A stretch of 64,000 nt of DNA from Candidatus Obscuribacteraceae bacterium (GTDB lineage: Bacteria; Cyanobacteriota; Vampirovibrionia; Obscuribacterales; Obscuribacteraceae). A model generated the notes under the pieces. It saw only the letters and a list, made by a program, of their open reading frames with translations, did not search any database and had not been told where the DNA came from. Below are positions 18,858 through 28,312 of this stretch, piece by piece. A program made the translations under genes and the position numbers. Location of the stretch: the NCBI GenBank assembly GCA_044229845.1, contig JBGASG010000001.1:608001-672000 (forward strand), written 5' to 3'. The first letter of the stretch is position 1; each line of letters opens with the position of its first letter.

Positions 18858-20453
18858 ATGAATGAAGAAACCACCCGGCGCGACTTTCTCCGTCGTCTGA
18901 GCGGAGTTTTGATAGCCGGCGGTGCGCCTCTGGTGTCGGCGATTTCTCAAGGGGCAGAAGCAGCCCCGCCGCCGAGAGGCGGTGCGGGCGTGGGCGCCAA
19001 ATTCAACTACAAACTGGCCCCGTGGACGGGCGATGAGTTTACGCTCGGTCATCGATTGCGCGATAAAGACACACCCAATGCGCCGATTGACGCCGACGAG
19101 CACTACGACTTTGTCATCGTTGGTGGTGGCGTTGCCGGTCTCACCGCCGCCTACTTCTTGCGTGATCACAACGTATTGTTGCTGGAGCAGTATGACGAGC
19201 TGGGCGGTCAATCACGCGGGGCGTCGCATCGCGGCATCAAGTATTCCTATGGCGCCGCCTACGTCGGAGACGTCGAGGGAATTTACGGAGACCTCTACGC
19301 GGAAATCGGCATCAAGCCGGAGATGATTCCACCGCGTAAAAACGGCTGGTACTGGGAGAGTAAGTGGTATCAGGACATTGCCGGCAAAGACACCTGCAAC
19401 CTGTATAAAGAGTTCGCTCGTCTGCAACAGCAGAGCAAGCCGGTCTGGAAAAGCCTGCCGGAAGATCCGTCTCCCGATAACGTCGACACGCAAGCGATGG
19501 CAAAGCTGGACACGCTGCGCTTCATCGATGTCTTAAAAGGTTACAGTCCGCAGTTTCTCGATTTGCTGGACAAGTTCGTCCTTTCCTCCTATTGCGGTGG
19601 ACTTGCTCAGGTATCGGCGCTTTCGGGCTACATGCTGCTGACCGACTTGATCACGCCCAGCTATGTTTTCGAAGGCGGCAATACGGCAATTCCGCGGGCG
19701 CTCGCCGGCAAAATCGAATCCGCCGGCAAAGGCAGGATGTTGCGGGATGCGTTCGTTTGGGAAGTCTCGGTCGGGGACGATCAAGCATCCGTTATCTACA
19801 GTACTAAAAACGGGGTTATGCACCGAGCGCGTTGCGCCCACGTCATTGTCACCGCACCACCCCTGGTGGCAGCGCGGTTTATGAACGGCATCGACGATAA
19901 GTTGAAGGCCTACCTCTTGCAGATGAAGTTTGGTTCGTACCTGGTGGCCAATTGTCTGCTCTCCAAGCGCCTGTTCACCGGCACGTACGACAACTGGGTG
20001 GGAAAGCCTTTCAGCTTTGCCGACATCACCATCGCCGAGACGCCTTACTTGATAAACAAGTCGTACAAAGCGGAAATGGGCTCGGTACTGACCATCTATC
20101 AACCGTATGGAATCGGCTCGCCCGGGCGCGCTCAGCTATACATCGGAGACAGGCAACAGTTTGCTAATTCGATCGTCTCGCAACTATCGACACTGGTAGC
20201 GCATCTGTCCGGCAGCCTGGACGAGGTTGTGCTCAGCCGCTGGGGGCATGCGATGGCGGTGCCCGGGCTGGGATACTGGTCGCGTCTGCGCAAAATACAC
20301 GCCCTTGAGGGAGACGAGCGCTTCAGTCTGGCACATAACAGCATGCAGGGCATGCCGTCGGCCGAGGCCGCGATCACGGCCGCCCGCGTGGCTGCCGATC
20401 GAGCACTGAGCAAGCCAAACAAAGTGTCCACCTTGTTTTTCGATTTAAGGTGA
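18858..20453 (+). CDS. Tat-exported FAD-dependent oxidoreductase (amine oxidase-like)
   Basis: TRRDFL twin-arginine signal; IVGGGVAGLTAA Rossmann motif, LLEQ...LGG, GAAY and RWGHAM. Confidence 0.88.
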   Translation: MNEETTRRDFLRRLSGVLIAGGAPLVSAISQGAEAAPPPRGGAGVGAKFNYKLAPWTGDEFTLGHRLRDKDTPNAPIDADEHYDFVIVGGGVAGLTAAYFLRDHNVLLLEQYDELGGQSRGASHRGIKYSYGAAYVGDVEGIYGDLYAEIGIKPEMIPPRKNGWYWESKWYQDIAGKDTCNLYKEFARLQQQSKPVWKSLPEDPSPDNVDTQAMAKLDTLRFIDVLKGYSPQFLDLLDKFVLSSYCGGLAQVSALSGYMLLTDLITPSYVFEGGNTAIPRALAGKIESAGKGRMLRDAFVWEVSVGDDQASVIYSTKNGVMHRARCAHVIVTAPPLVAARFMNGIDDKLKAYLLQMKFGSYLVANCLLSKRLFTGTYDNWVGKPFSFADITIAETPYLINKSYKAEMGSVLTIYQPYGIGSPGRAQLYIGDRQQFANSIVSQLSTLVAHLSGSLDEVVLSRWGHAMAVPGLGYWSRLRKIHALEGDERFSLAHNSMQGMPSAEAAITAARVAADRALSKPNKVSTLFFDLR

Positions 20454-20555
20454 TCTTTTAGCGCTGCTATCCTGTATGCTTTGCAGCTATTGGTGAAATT
20501 CCTTGAGCATATCGAGAAAGCGCACGCATGTGTGTTTTCCCAGGAGGGTCTTTTC

Positions 20556-20951
20556 ATGCCAGTTTCCACACCAGTTCAACTGAAAACCATCGGTTATGTG
20601 ATTTTGTACGTCAAAGACGCGCAGAAAACCGCCGAATGGTACAAGAACACTCTCGGCACCCCGATCAAATTTGCCGAAGAAGGCTGGGCCGAACTCGAAA
20701 CATCCGGCACCACGCTGGCTTTGCACAGCCACGACAAACTGCCTGCTACCCGCGAAGAAACGCAGGCGATCACCGTCTTCCACGTAGACGATATCAAAGC
20801 AACCTATCAAGCTTTGAAAGACAAAGGCGTCAAGTTCGAAAAAGAGCCGCATGAAGTGTGCGCTCAAGAAGACTTCGTCGGTCTGTCGGCTGACTTCCAG
20901 GATCCGGACGGCAACAAGCTTTCCATCTACGGCAAAGTCTCCAAGAAATAA
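20556..20951 (+). CDS. VOC/glyoxalase family protein
   Basis: YVILYVKD..WY..LG, FHVDDI..LKDKGV and FQDPDGNKL; RBS AGGAGG. Confidence 0.92.
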   Translation: MPVSTPVQLKTIGYVILYVKDAQKTAEWYKNTLGTPIKFAEEGWAELETSGTTLALHSHDKLPATREETQAITVFHVDDIKATYQALKDKGVKFEKEPHEVCAQEDFVGLSADFQDPDGNKLSIYGKVSKK

Positions 20952-20977
20952 GCAGCCTTTCTAACTGCAATCTCCCG

Positions 20978-21009
20978 CGCGGCACCATTTATGGTGCCGC
21001 GTTGTTTTT
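20978..21009 (+). terminator. Rho-independent terminator between convergent genes
   Basis: CGCGGCACCA-ttta-TGGTGCCGCG followed by TTGTTTTT. Confidence 0.8.
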
Positions 21010-21020
21010 GCCTCTGCTTG

Positions 21021-22439
21021 TTATTGTCCAGCGCCCGGTCCGACCGGAAACTCGAAGACAGCGTTGCCGATTGGAATTTTGAGCAGTGCGTTGTTCACTT
21101 TGGTGGCATCGAATTGCAGTGCACCTTCCATCGTTTCTCCCGGCGGCAGCGTGCAATGCACGACAGCCTGCGAGCGGATGTTCTCAGCCGTGCGTTGTGC
21201 GGTGGCGATGGCATCTTGAGCCTTCGCTTCCGCTCTGGCGCGAGCTTCCCAGTCGGGGATAAAGGTGGTCATGGTTGTTGTTTGCGAGCGGTTGTTGTAC
21301 ATGGGTTGATAGTATCCCCACGCATTGCGATAGCCGCCCTGCCATCCAGGTGATTGATACATGGTACTGGTCACCGTCGTGTCGGCGTTGCCCTGGAAGA
21401 AACGAATCATGCTGGCTTTACGTTCCCCCTTTTTCTCGACTGTGCGAGCCAGCTGCTCGCTATCCAGGGTGGAAACGATTTTGACTTGCGGGGTGAGCAC
21501 GACCATAATCGCCGGGCGCGGCAAAACATCGATCGGACCCTGACTGTTATTGGTGATGCGAATTTTTACTTGAGCGGCTTTGCCGACATCTTTGGAGGGT
21601 TCCCAGGACGCCTCGACCAGAATGCCGTTGGCGGTTTGAATTGCCTGGGCACCGGATGCGGTGCGTCCGCAATATGGCGAACCGTTGGCAAACCTGTACA
21701 TGACTGTTTGCATCCAGGTATGGGGAACGAACTGCTGCGATGCAGCACCGGTCGCTGTCTTGTGCTGCAGTGCTTCATTGAATTGTTGTTGCGCTTCCGG
21801 ATACTTACCGCGGCGCACATCAATCATGGCCAGACGTTCTTCAAGATTGGACAGCATCACGTATTGTTCTGGACCGAGCGGCTGCCTGATTTTAATTGCT
21901 TCCAAAAAGTCGGTGGCAGCCGGGTCATAGAGACCCTGCAACTCGTTGATGGCGCCCAGGCTTTCGTAGCTTTCCGCCACCGATGCCGATCCCGGTGCGA
22001 CTTTCTTGCGCATATCCAGGCCCATCTGACAGTAGCTGGTGGCGTCGTTAGGTTTGTTTTGCGTCAGCATCAACCAACCGTAGGCATCGTAAATTCTGGC
22101 CATGGACAGACTGTCCCCGAGTACTTTCGGCGCTTGTCCCATGACGCTCTTAAACTGTTTGGCCGCGCTGCCGAAGTCGCCCTGCCCGATCAGTGCTTCG
22201 CCCAGTCCGCCTCTGGCAATCAATTCCTGGGCGCTGTCTTTTCCTTGCTGCGCTGCGGAGATGGCTTGATTGAATAGACTGGCGGCTTCCGTATAGTTTT
22301 CCATGTCGATGGCCCGCTGACCGGCTTGTACGAGATCGGCGGCGGATGCGGCAAAAACACTCGGCGAAAGACCTACTGTTATTGAGAGCAGCAAGCCAGC
22401 GACGACGGTTGCATTGACCAGGCGGTGAAATGGCAACAT
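21021..22439 (-). CDS. Secreted TPR protein with a beta-rich C-terminal domain
   Basis: Signal peptide (..SVFA), long TPR units in the N-half, beta-strand-rich C-half; GGAG RBS before ATG 22439. Confidence 0.8.
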   Translation of the reverse strand: MLPFHRLVNATVVAGLLLSITVGLSPSVFAASAADLVQAGQRAIDMENYTEAASLFNQAISAAQQGKDSAQELIARGGLGEALIGQGDFGSAAKQFKSVMGQAPKVLGDSLSMARIYDAYGWLMLTQNKPNDATSYCQMGLDMRKKVAPGSASVAESYESLGAINELQGLYDPAATDFLEAIKIRQPLGPEQYVMLSNLEERLAMIDVRRGKYPEAQQQFNEALQHKTATGAASQQFVPHTWMQTVMYRFANGSPYCGRTASGAQAIQTANGILVEASWEPSKDVGKAAQVKIRITNNSQGPIDVLPRPAIMVVLTPQVKIVSTLDSEQLARTVEKKGERKASMIRFFQGNADTTVTSTMYQSPGWQGGYRNAWGYYQPMYNNRSQTTTMTTFIPDWEARARAEAKAQDAIATAQRTAENIRSQAVVHCTLPPGETMEGALQFDATKVNNALLKIPIGNAVFEFPVGPGAGQ

Positions 22440-22572
22440 AAGCACTCCAGTGAAGACCGGCAAGAGGTTGAGTTGAAGAGCCTAAGCTTACCAGGCAGCG
22501 CATCAGCCGGGGCGAAAGGTCTCTGCGAATCTCTTTTGTTTCTTGATAACCAGTGCGAAATCGGCAGAACGC

Positions 22573-22597
22573 AAAACTCCGGCGTATCCGCCGGAGT
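22573..22597 (-). terminator. Rho-independent terminator
   Basis: Minus strand ACTCCGGCG-gata-CGCCGGAGT followed by TTT. Confidence 0.65.
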
Positions 22598-22629
22598 GAG
22601 CGTCTCCGAAAAACTTGTCTGGTTGGGGC

Positions 22630-23733
22630 TTACATGGCGCCGCTGGAGACTGCCACCGACGCCGGAGCATCCAGTTGCAGGGTGAGCGTTGTGCCGGAGC
22701 CGACGTTCACTTCCTTGCCTTTGCGTACCAGCAGGCTGTTGGCAGCGCCTAAACCGGCGCCGATCGCCAGTCCGGCCCAGGCACCGCGACCGGCGCCTCT
22801 GCCACCGCCGGCGATGCCGCCCACGGCTGTGCCAAGCAACGCGCCGCCACCGGCACCGACTGCGCTTTGCAAAAGCACGTTCTTGACTTTGCCGGATGTC
22901 GACTCGCCCTTCAGGATATCTGTGGAATCTGTGCCGACATCTTCATAGCCGGCGACCTTGCCGGAGATGTGAGCGGTGATCGGAATTTCAATGCCGTCCG
23001 GCGTGCGCAGGCGGGTGAATTTCATGCCTAGCATGCCGCTCTTGGCCAGCCGCGCGCCGCTTTTCGACTCAGTTACTTGACCGAGAACGGCCGAGCCGGC
23101 GGGGATCATGGTATCGCCGAGGTTGACGTTTTCGGCGATACGGGCTTCGATTGGATCTCCTGTGCGAGCGCTGTCGCTGGAGACAGACCCGGTCAGCACC
23201 ACAGGCAGATTCATGCCTTGTGGAATGAAGACGGTGCGGCCCTGTCTGACGTAGGTATAGTTGCCCGCTTGCGTAGAGTCACTGCCGATGTTAGCGGCGG
23301 CGGCACCGGAAATTTGCGCGATGTAGTTGTCAATTGAAGCGCGATGCGAGAGGGCGCCTTTCAAGCCGGTGGCCCAGCGCTGCGCCAGCAGAGCCGGTGT
23401 GGTGCCGGCGGCTTTGGCGGCTGCGGCATCGACGGTGCCGACATAGAAGCCACCCATGGTTAAAACCGGTTGCCCTTTGACATAAACGATGCCGACTGAG
23501 GATGGCGAGTGATCTTTGGCCGCCACCAGGGCGTTATCGAGGTTCTTCTGCATGACATCGGCTCTGGCTGCCGGAGTCATGCTGCCGGCCCCGGTATTGA
23601 CGGTAAACACTGGTGCTCCCGCAACGCGCACAGAGGCTCCGGCGGCCATCACCGCAGGTGGTGCAAGGCTGATCAACTGAGTAGTTGTAATTGCCGCTAC
23701 CAGAATTGAAGACTTGAGGGATGCAGGTTTCAT
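22630..23733 (-). CDS. Secreted protein with TrbI/VirB10-like beta domain and glycine zipper
   Basis: Signal peptide; IPQGMNLPVVL..VSS...GDPIEARI..IPAGSAVLGQV; glycine zipper GAGGGALLGTAVGG..GLAIGAGLG. Confidence 0.65.
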   Translation of the reverse strand: MKPASLKSSILVAAITTTQLISLAPPAVMAAGASVRVAGAPVFTVNTGAGSMTPAARADVMQKNLDNALVAAKDHSPSSVGIVYVKGQPVLTMGGFYVGTVDAAAAKAAGTTPALLAQRWATGLKGALSHRASIDNYIAQISGAAAANIGSDSTQAGNYTYVRQGRTVFIPQGMNLPVVLTGSVSSDSARTGDPIEARIAENVNLGDTMIPAGSAVLGQVTESKSGARLAKSGMLGMKFTRLRTPDGIEIPITAHISGKVAGYEDVGTDSTDILKGESTSGKVKNVLLQSAVGAGGGALLGTAVGGIAGGGRGAGRGAWAGLAIGAGLGAANSLLVRKGKEVNVGSGTTLTLQLDAPASVAVSSGAM

Positions 23734-23988
23734 AAGTTTCTCCGAGACTAGGCGACGCATCGCATTACCGCCCGCAGCGTGCCAAACGCATGGGCTATGA
23801 ACCCCGAGACGCCCGCGACCCCTCCATGTTCCCAGACCGGGATTTGCAAGCCCTGCAGTACGTTACATGCGGCAGCAGAGATGCCAAGCCGAGCGCGCGC
23901 AACATATAAATGTGAAACGGGACGAGCCACTGGCTCGTCCGTTCACTTAGCTAAAACCTTTGATGCAGTATCTAAATACAGTTATCGC

Positions 23989-25218
23989 TTATTTCGCGCT
24001 ACCTGTCGAGCTGGCCATCGAGCGAGGCAGAGAGCTGGTCTTGAAGGGTTGCTTGGCGGAGGCGATCTTCTCTTTCAAGTAAGCAACTGCGACATTCTTT
24101 TGTTGTTCGCGATCGCTGACTTGGATATCAGGAAGGATGCCTTTCTTGTTGATGTCGGTTCCCGCTGGAGTGAGATAGCGAGAGACGGTGATATGCAGTG
24201 CCGCGCCACCAGGGAGACGATTGATCTCTTGAACCAGACCTTTGCCGTAGGTGCGAGTGCCGATGATGACACCGCGTGCGTTGTCTTGCAGAGCACCGGC
24301 CAAAATTTCGCTGGCGCTGGCGCTTTCTTCATCGACCAGAACTGCGATCGGCTGGTGAGTCATGGGCATGCCGGAGGCCATATCGGTGTTCTTGCCGTGG
24401 CGGCCGACGGTGCTGACGATGACGCCGTTTTCCAGAAGCATGTCGGCAATCTCGAGCGAGTTGGAGAGCAAGCCGCCCGGGTTGTCGCGCAGGTCGATGA
24501 TCAAGCCATCAGTCTTGTTCAGCTTTTCCAGTGCAGTGCGAAACTCGCGAGCCGCGTCATTAGAGATGAAGGTTGAAAGTTGGATGTAACCGATGTTGTG
24601 GTCGAGAATGCGATAGGAGACTGCATGAATGATGATCTCGGCGCGGGTAATTCTGATCATCTTCGGCTGAGCGAGACCAGCGCGTTTGACTGTGATGGTC
24701 ACCGGGCTGCCGGCTTTGCCTCTGATCTTTTCAGCGGCCTGTTCTGGTGTGTAACCAACGGCATTGAAGGTATCGATGCCGACGATCTCGTCACGCTCTT
24801 GCAGTCCCGACATAGCAGCCGGGCTGCCGTCGATGGTTTTGGTGATGATCAGTTTGTTGTCTTTCTGGAGAAGGTTGATGCCGATACCGACGATCTTCGC
24901 GTCGATCGCATCGTTCTCGTCTTTAAAAGCTTGAGGATCCAAGAAACGAGTGTAGGGATCTTTGAGGCTGTCCAACATCGCTTTGATGGCTTTGTGAGAG
25001 TCGTCGACGGTTCTCAGGTCGCCGTCGTACTTGTGCTCCCACGCCGACCAGGCTTGTCCATTGAAGGACGAATCAAAATAGTTATCGCGTACCAACTGCC
25101 ATGCTTGATGGTAAATCTCTTTCGGCAACGAGCGATAACCTTCAGCAGGTTGCTGGTAGACGAGAGTGAGTAAAGCAAAAAGGGCCAGCAAGCACGGCCC
25201 GAGGCGCTTGGTGAACAT
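23989..25218 (-). CDS. ctpA: Second carboxyl-terminal processing protease, S41A family
   Basis: LKDPYTRFL, GIGINL, DLRDNPGG, SASASEI and TYGKGLVQ; signal peptide. Confidence 0.95.
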   Translation of the reverse strand: MFTKRLGPCLLALFALLTLVYQQPAEGYRSLPKEIYHQAWQLVRDNYFDSSFNGQAWSAWEHKYDGDLRTVDDSHKAIKAMLDSLKDPYTRFLDPQAFKDENDAIDAKIVGIGINLLQKDNKLIITKTIDGSPAAMSGLQERDEIVGIDTFNAVGYTPEQAAEKIRGKAGSPVTITVKRAGLAQPKMIRITRAEIIIHAVSYRILDHNIGYIQLSTFISNDAAREFRTALEKLNKTDGLIIDLRDNPGGLLSNSLEIADMLLENGVIVSTVGRHGKNTDMASGMPMTHQPIAVLVDEESASASEILAGALQDNARGVIIGTRTYGKGLVQEINRLPGGAALHITVSRYLTPAGTDINKKGILPDIQVSDREQQKNVAVAYLKEKIASAKQPFKTSSLPRSMASSTGSAK

Positions 25219-25412
25219 TGGCGACTACCTGGTTTCGATGAGTACAAGCCGCTTTCCCCAGCCGGAATCAGTTGCCAGCGAGGAAAGTCGTTTCTGTACT
25301 TGTGTTATGCCCGCTTTGGGTCGATCTTCACTTCTCGAACATTAATTGTCCCGCTTGACTGCCGGTTTCAGCACCTGGCGACCGCGAGGCAAATGGCTGG
25401 AGGAAACCGCTT

Positions 25413-27023
25413 CTATGTGGACAAAACTGGCGCGACTTGGACGTTCTGGCGTCTAGTGACGGCACCACTTCCGGGCAGCCCGTACTCGCTCCAGCGCCTG
25501 GAAACCCGCTCTTTGACGTCTTCGGACATGATAATTTCCTCCGGCCACTCGCGCGGATAACCTTCCGATTTCCACTTGCGTGTGGCATCAATGCCAATTT
25601 TGGAGCCGTAGCCGAAGCTGGCTGAGGAGTGATCGAGAATGTCCAGTGGTCCGTCCACCATCATCGTATCCCGGCGTGGATCGACGTTTCCGAACACATG
25701 CAGGGCGACTTCCGACATGTCGTGCACGTTCACATGCTTGTCCACGATGATGCAAAACTTGGTGAACATCATCTGACCCAGACCCCAAACGGCGCTCATT
25801 ACTTTGCGAGCGTGTCCGGGATAACGCTTGTCGATGGCGATAATCGCGCAATTATGGAAGACACCTTCCCAGGGCAGGTTCATGTCCACTATTTCTGAAA
25901 CCAGCGTCTGCAGCATCGGCAGGAAGATCCGCTCGGTGGCCTTACCCAGGTAGCAGTCTTCTTGAGGTGGTTTCCCAACGATGGTGGTCTGATAGATGGG
26001 ATTCTTTCTATGGGTGACCGCGGTCACGTGGAAAACCGGAAACAGCCCGGCCGGGCTGTAGAAACCGGTGTGGTCGCCAAATGGCCCCTCTGTGCGCAAC
26101 TCTGATTGATCTACATATCCTTCAATGATGATCTCAGCATTTGCCGGCACCTCCAGATCGACCGTCACACACTTGGTCAGGCGCACCGGGCTGGATCGCA
26201 AGAAACCGGCAAACACCAATTCGTCAATTTCGGGCGGCAGTGGCGCGGTGGCGGCATAAGTGACGGCCGGGTCGCAGCCCAGTGCGACGGCTACTTCCAG
26301 CTTGCGTCCTGGTTTGGAGGTCGGTGCGGAGGCTTCAAAAGTTCCGTAATTAGGTGGTTCTTGTTTGCCGTTGGAGTTCGTCTCAGTTTCCTGCCGGCGG
26401 TTCTCCTCGAAGTTTCTTGCACCATCGTGGTGCTTATGCCAGTGCATGCCGGTTTCGTTGTTGCTGAACTGCTGTAAACGGTAGACACCAAGATTGCGTA
26501 TTCCTGTTTTCGGGTCGCGCGTTATCACCACCGGTAGTGTGATGAAAACGCCGGCGTCCTCCGGCCAGCATTTGATGATCGGCAGTTTGTCCAGCATGGC
26601 TTGCGACGGATCTTTAATCACGACTTCCTGGCAGGGAGCCGCCATGTGACTGAGTTTGGGCGGAAATGATCCGACCTGCAAAAGTTTCGGCACCATGGCC
26701 AATTTTTCGGAGAGTGACTCGGGCATCTTCGGTTTGATCAGTTCGCGGATGCGGTCGGCGATGTCGTCGAGCGATTCGGTTTCGAGCGCCAGACACATGC
26801 GCTTCATACTGCCGAAGGCGTTGATCAAGACCGGCATATCGAAGCCTTTGACGTTTTCGAACAACAACGCTTTGTTGTGAGCGGCTTGTGGCCCGGTCAT
26901 TTTGCTTATGCGATCCGTGATCTCGGCGATCTCCAGATCGACAGAAACCGGCGCTTTGATGCGCACCAGTTCTCCGTTGTCCTCGAGCACCTTAACGAAG
27001 GCACGCAGGTCCGTGTAAGCCAT
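25413..27023 (-). CDS. ubiD: UbiD-family prFMN-dependent decarboxylase, menaquinone (futalosine pathway, MqnL-like) type
   Basis: LEIAEI, ALLFENV, RNLGVYRLQ, MHWHKHHDG, EGPFGDHTGFY, GKPPQED, KRYPGHA and GIDATRK. Confidence 0.92.
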   Translation of the reverse strand: MAYTDLRAFVKVLEDNGELVRIKAPVSVDLEIAEITDRISKMTGPQAAHNKALLFENVKGFDMPVLINAFGSMKRMCLALETESLDDIADRIRELIKPKMPESLSEKLAMVPKLLQVGSFPPKLSHMAAPCQEVVIKDPSQAMLDKLPIIKCWPEDAGVFITLPVVITRDPKTGIRNLGVYRLQQFSNNETGMHWHKHHDGARNFEENRRQETETNSNGKQEPPNYGTFEASAPTSKPGRKLEVAVALGCDPAVTYAATAPLPPEIDELVFAGFLRSSPVRLTKCVTVDLEVPANAEIIIEGYVDQSELRTEGPFGDHTGFYSPAGLFPVFHVTAVTHRKNPIYQTTIVGKPPQEDCYLGKATERIFLPMLQTLVSEIVDMNLPWEGVFHNCAIIAIDKRYPGHARKVMSAVWGLGQMMFTKFCIIVDKHVNVHDMSEVALHVFGNVDPRRDTMMVDGPLDILDHSSASFGYGSKIGIDATRKWKSEGYPREWPEEIIMSEDVKERVSRRWSEYGLPGSGAVTRRQNVQVAPVLST

Positions 27024-27138
27024 TTCTCACTCTCCGCGAATCAATGCATCTTCAAAACGCATCGGCTGAGCATGGTATCCGATTGCAGCGTCGGCTGCCG
27101 CGGATGCCAACTAATGTTATTGCCTGAGCGTGGCTGTC

Positions 27139-27939
27139 TTAAGGACTGGTGCGGGTGTACTGGCGCACGTAGAGGTTGGTGCCGTAGGGGCTGAGACCGA
27201 AGCCGTTCTTGTTAAGCGGCGATGCCATCAGAGCGGTCAAGTTGGTTGCCGATTCACGATAGGCGTCCAATTCGGCTTGCGCCTGTTTGCGATAGCAGTT
27301 GGCGCGGTAGTTGGCTTCCTGGACGGCTGTGCGCGAGCGCTTTTCGGCTTCCCTTCGAATCGTATCGCTGAGCGCTTGCGCTCCCGGTCCGCATCGAAAA
27401 CGGGGCATGCTGTTGATCTCGGCGTCCGCCTGGGCGTTGATGCGCATCGCCAGCTGGCGTCCTTCTTCGACCATATTGTTGGCCATCTTACTGGCGATCT
27501 GTTGCTTGATTTTTTGCTGGGCATCCAGCTGGACAGCTACTCTCGCGCGCAGCTTGTTGGCGTGTATGGTCGCTTTGGCGTAATAGTCTTTCGTCAGTTC
27601 GCAAGTCTCGTAGGCGTTGATCGCCTGGTCGCAGTACTCTTGCAGTTGCGGGTGGCTGTTCAGGCTTTTAGCAGTTTCATACTGAGTGACGGCTTGCCGA
27701 GTCAGACCCTGGCGGGCCAGACAGTTGCCCAGGTAGTAGTGGGCGAAAGAATCCCAGGGTTGTTCCGAGACGGCATCTTCGAAACTGGCGCGGGCGGCGG
27801 CGATTTTTCCCTGCCGGTACTGCTGGACGCCGCGCTTGAATGACTGCGAGGTGGCCCAGACGGGCATGGCGGCGGTGACCGCCAGAATCACTGCGAGGGT
27901 TGCGCTCAGAGCCAGACCTGCTGGCAGTTTGAAACTCAT
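27139..27939 (-). CDS. Secreted TPR and coiled-coil protein
   Basis: Signal peptide (..VWA), AHYYLGNCL TPR, helical middle, C-terminal LSPYGTNLYVRQY. Confidence 0.8.
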   Translation of the reverse strand: MSFKLPAGLALSATLAVILAVTAAMPVWATSQSFKRGVQQYRQGKIAAARASFEDAVSEQPWDSFAHYYLGNCLARQGLTRQAVTQYETAKSLNSHPQLQEYCDQAINAYETCELTKDYYAKATIHANKLRARVAVQLDAQQKIKQQIASKMANNMVEEGRQLAMRINAQADAEINSMPRFRCGPGAQALSDTIRREAEKRSRTAVQEANYRANCYRKQAQAELDAYRESATNLTALMASPLNKNGFGLSPYGTNLYVRQYTRTSP

Positions 27940-28030
27940 GTGTTTCTGTTACCCGACGGACTGAAGTCTCATATATTAACGGTTTCAAAGAGAAAACTCT
28001 AGTAACTGTATTACAAAACGCAGCACTGGC

Positions 28031-28305
28031 GGCGACTTTTCAACCGGGTTCAGTCGCCACCCGGCGGCCCGGTCCGCAAAGCATGCTGGCGATCACAAAG
28101 CCATTACAAGCGGCTGTGCGTCAAGGTCCGGGAGCCTGGCACCATATGTGGTGCCAGAGTCATGAACGAACTTTCGTCGCTCGCACGCACTGTGATTAAG
28201 CGAAACCCTCACTGCGAGGCGCCCCAGGCGCGCACCGCCAGGCAGAAAAAAGCAGCACAGCGCGGTAAAATGGGCGCCTGGTTTTACCGCGTTGCGTTGT
28301 GGAGA
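28031..28305 (+). promoter_or_regulatory. Structured intergenic leader (candidate cis-regulatory RNA)
   Basis: Inverted repeats at 28031-37/28052-58, 28136-44/28149-57 and 28261-70/28282-91, next to the RBS of the repeat gene; no known family recognised. Confidence 0.35.
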
Positions 28306-28312
28306 GGAAATT

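Noticed and set aside
22630..23733. TrbI/VirB10-like domain as evidence of a conjugative element
   Set aside because: No VirB4, relaxase, coupling protein or integrase in the window.
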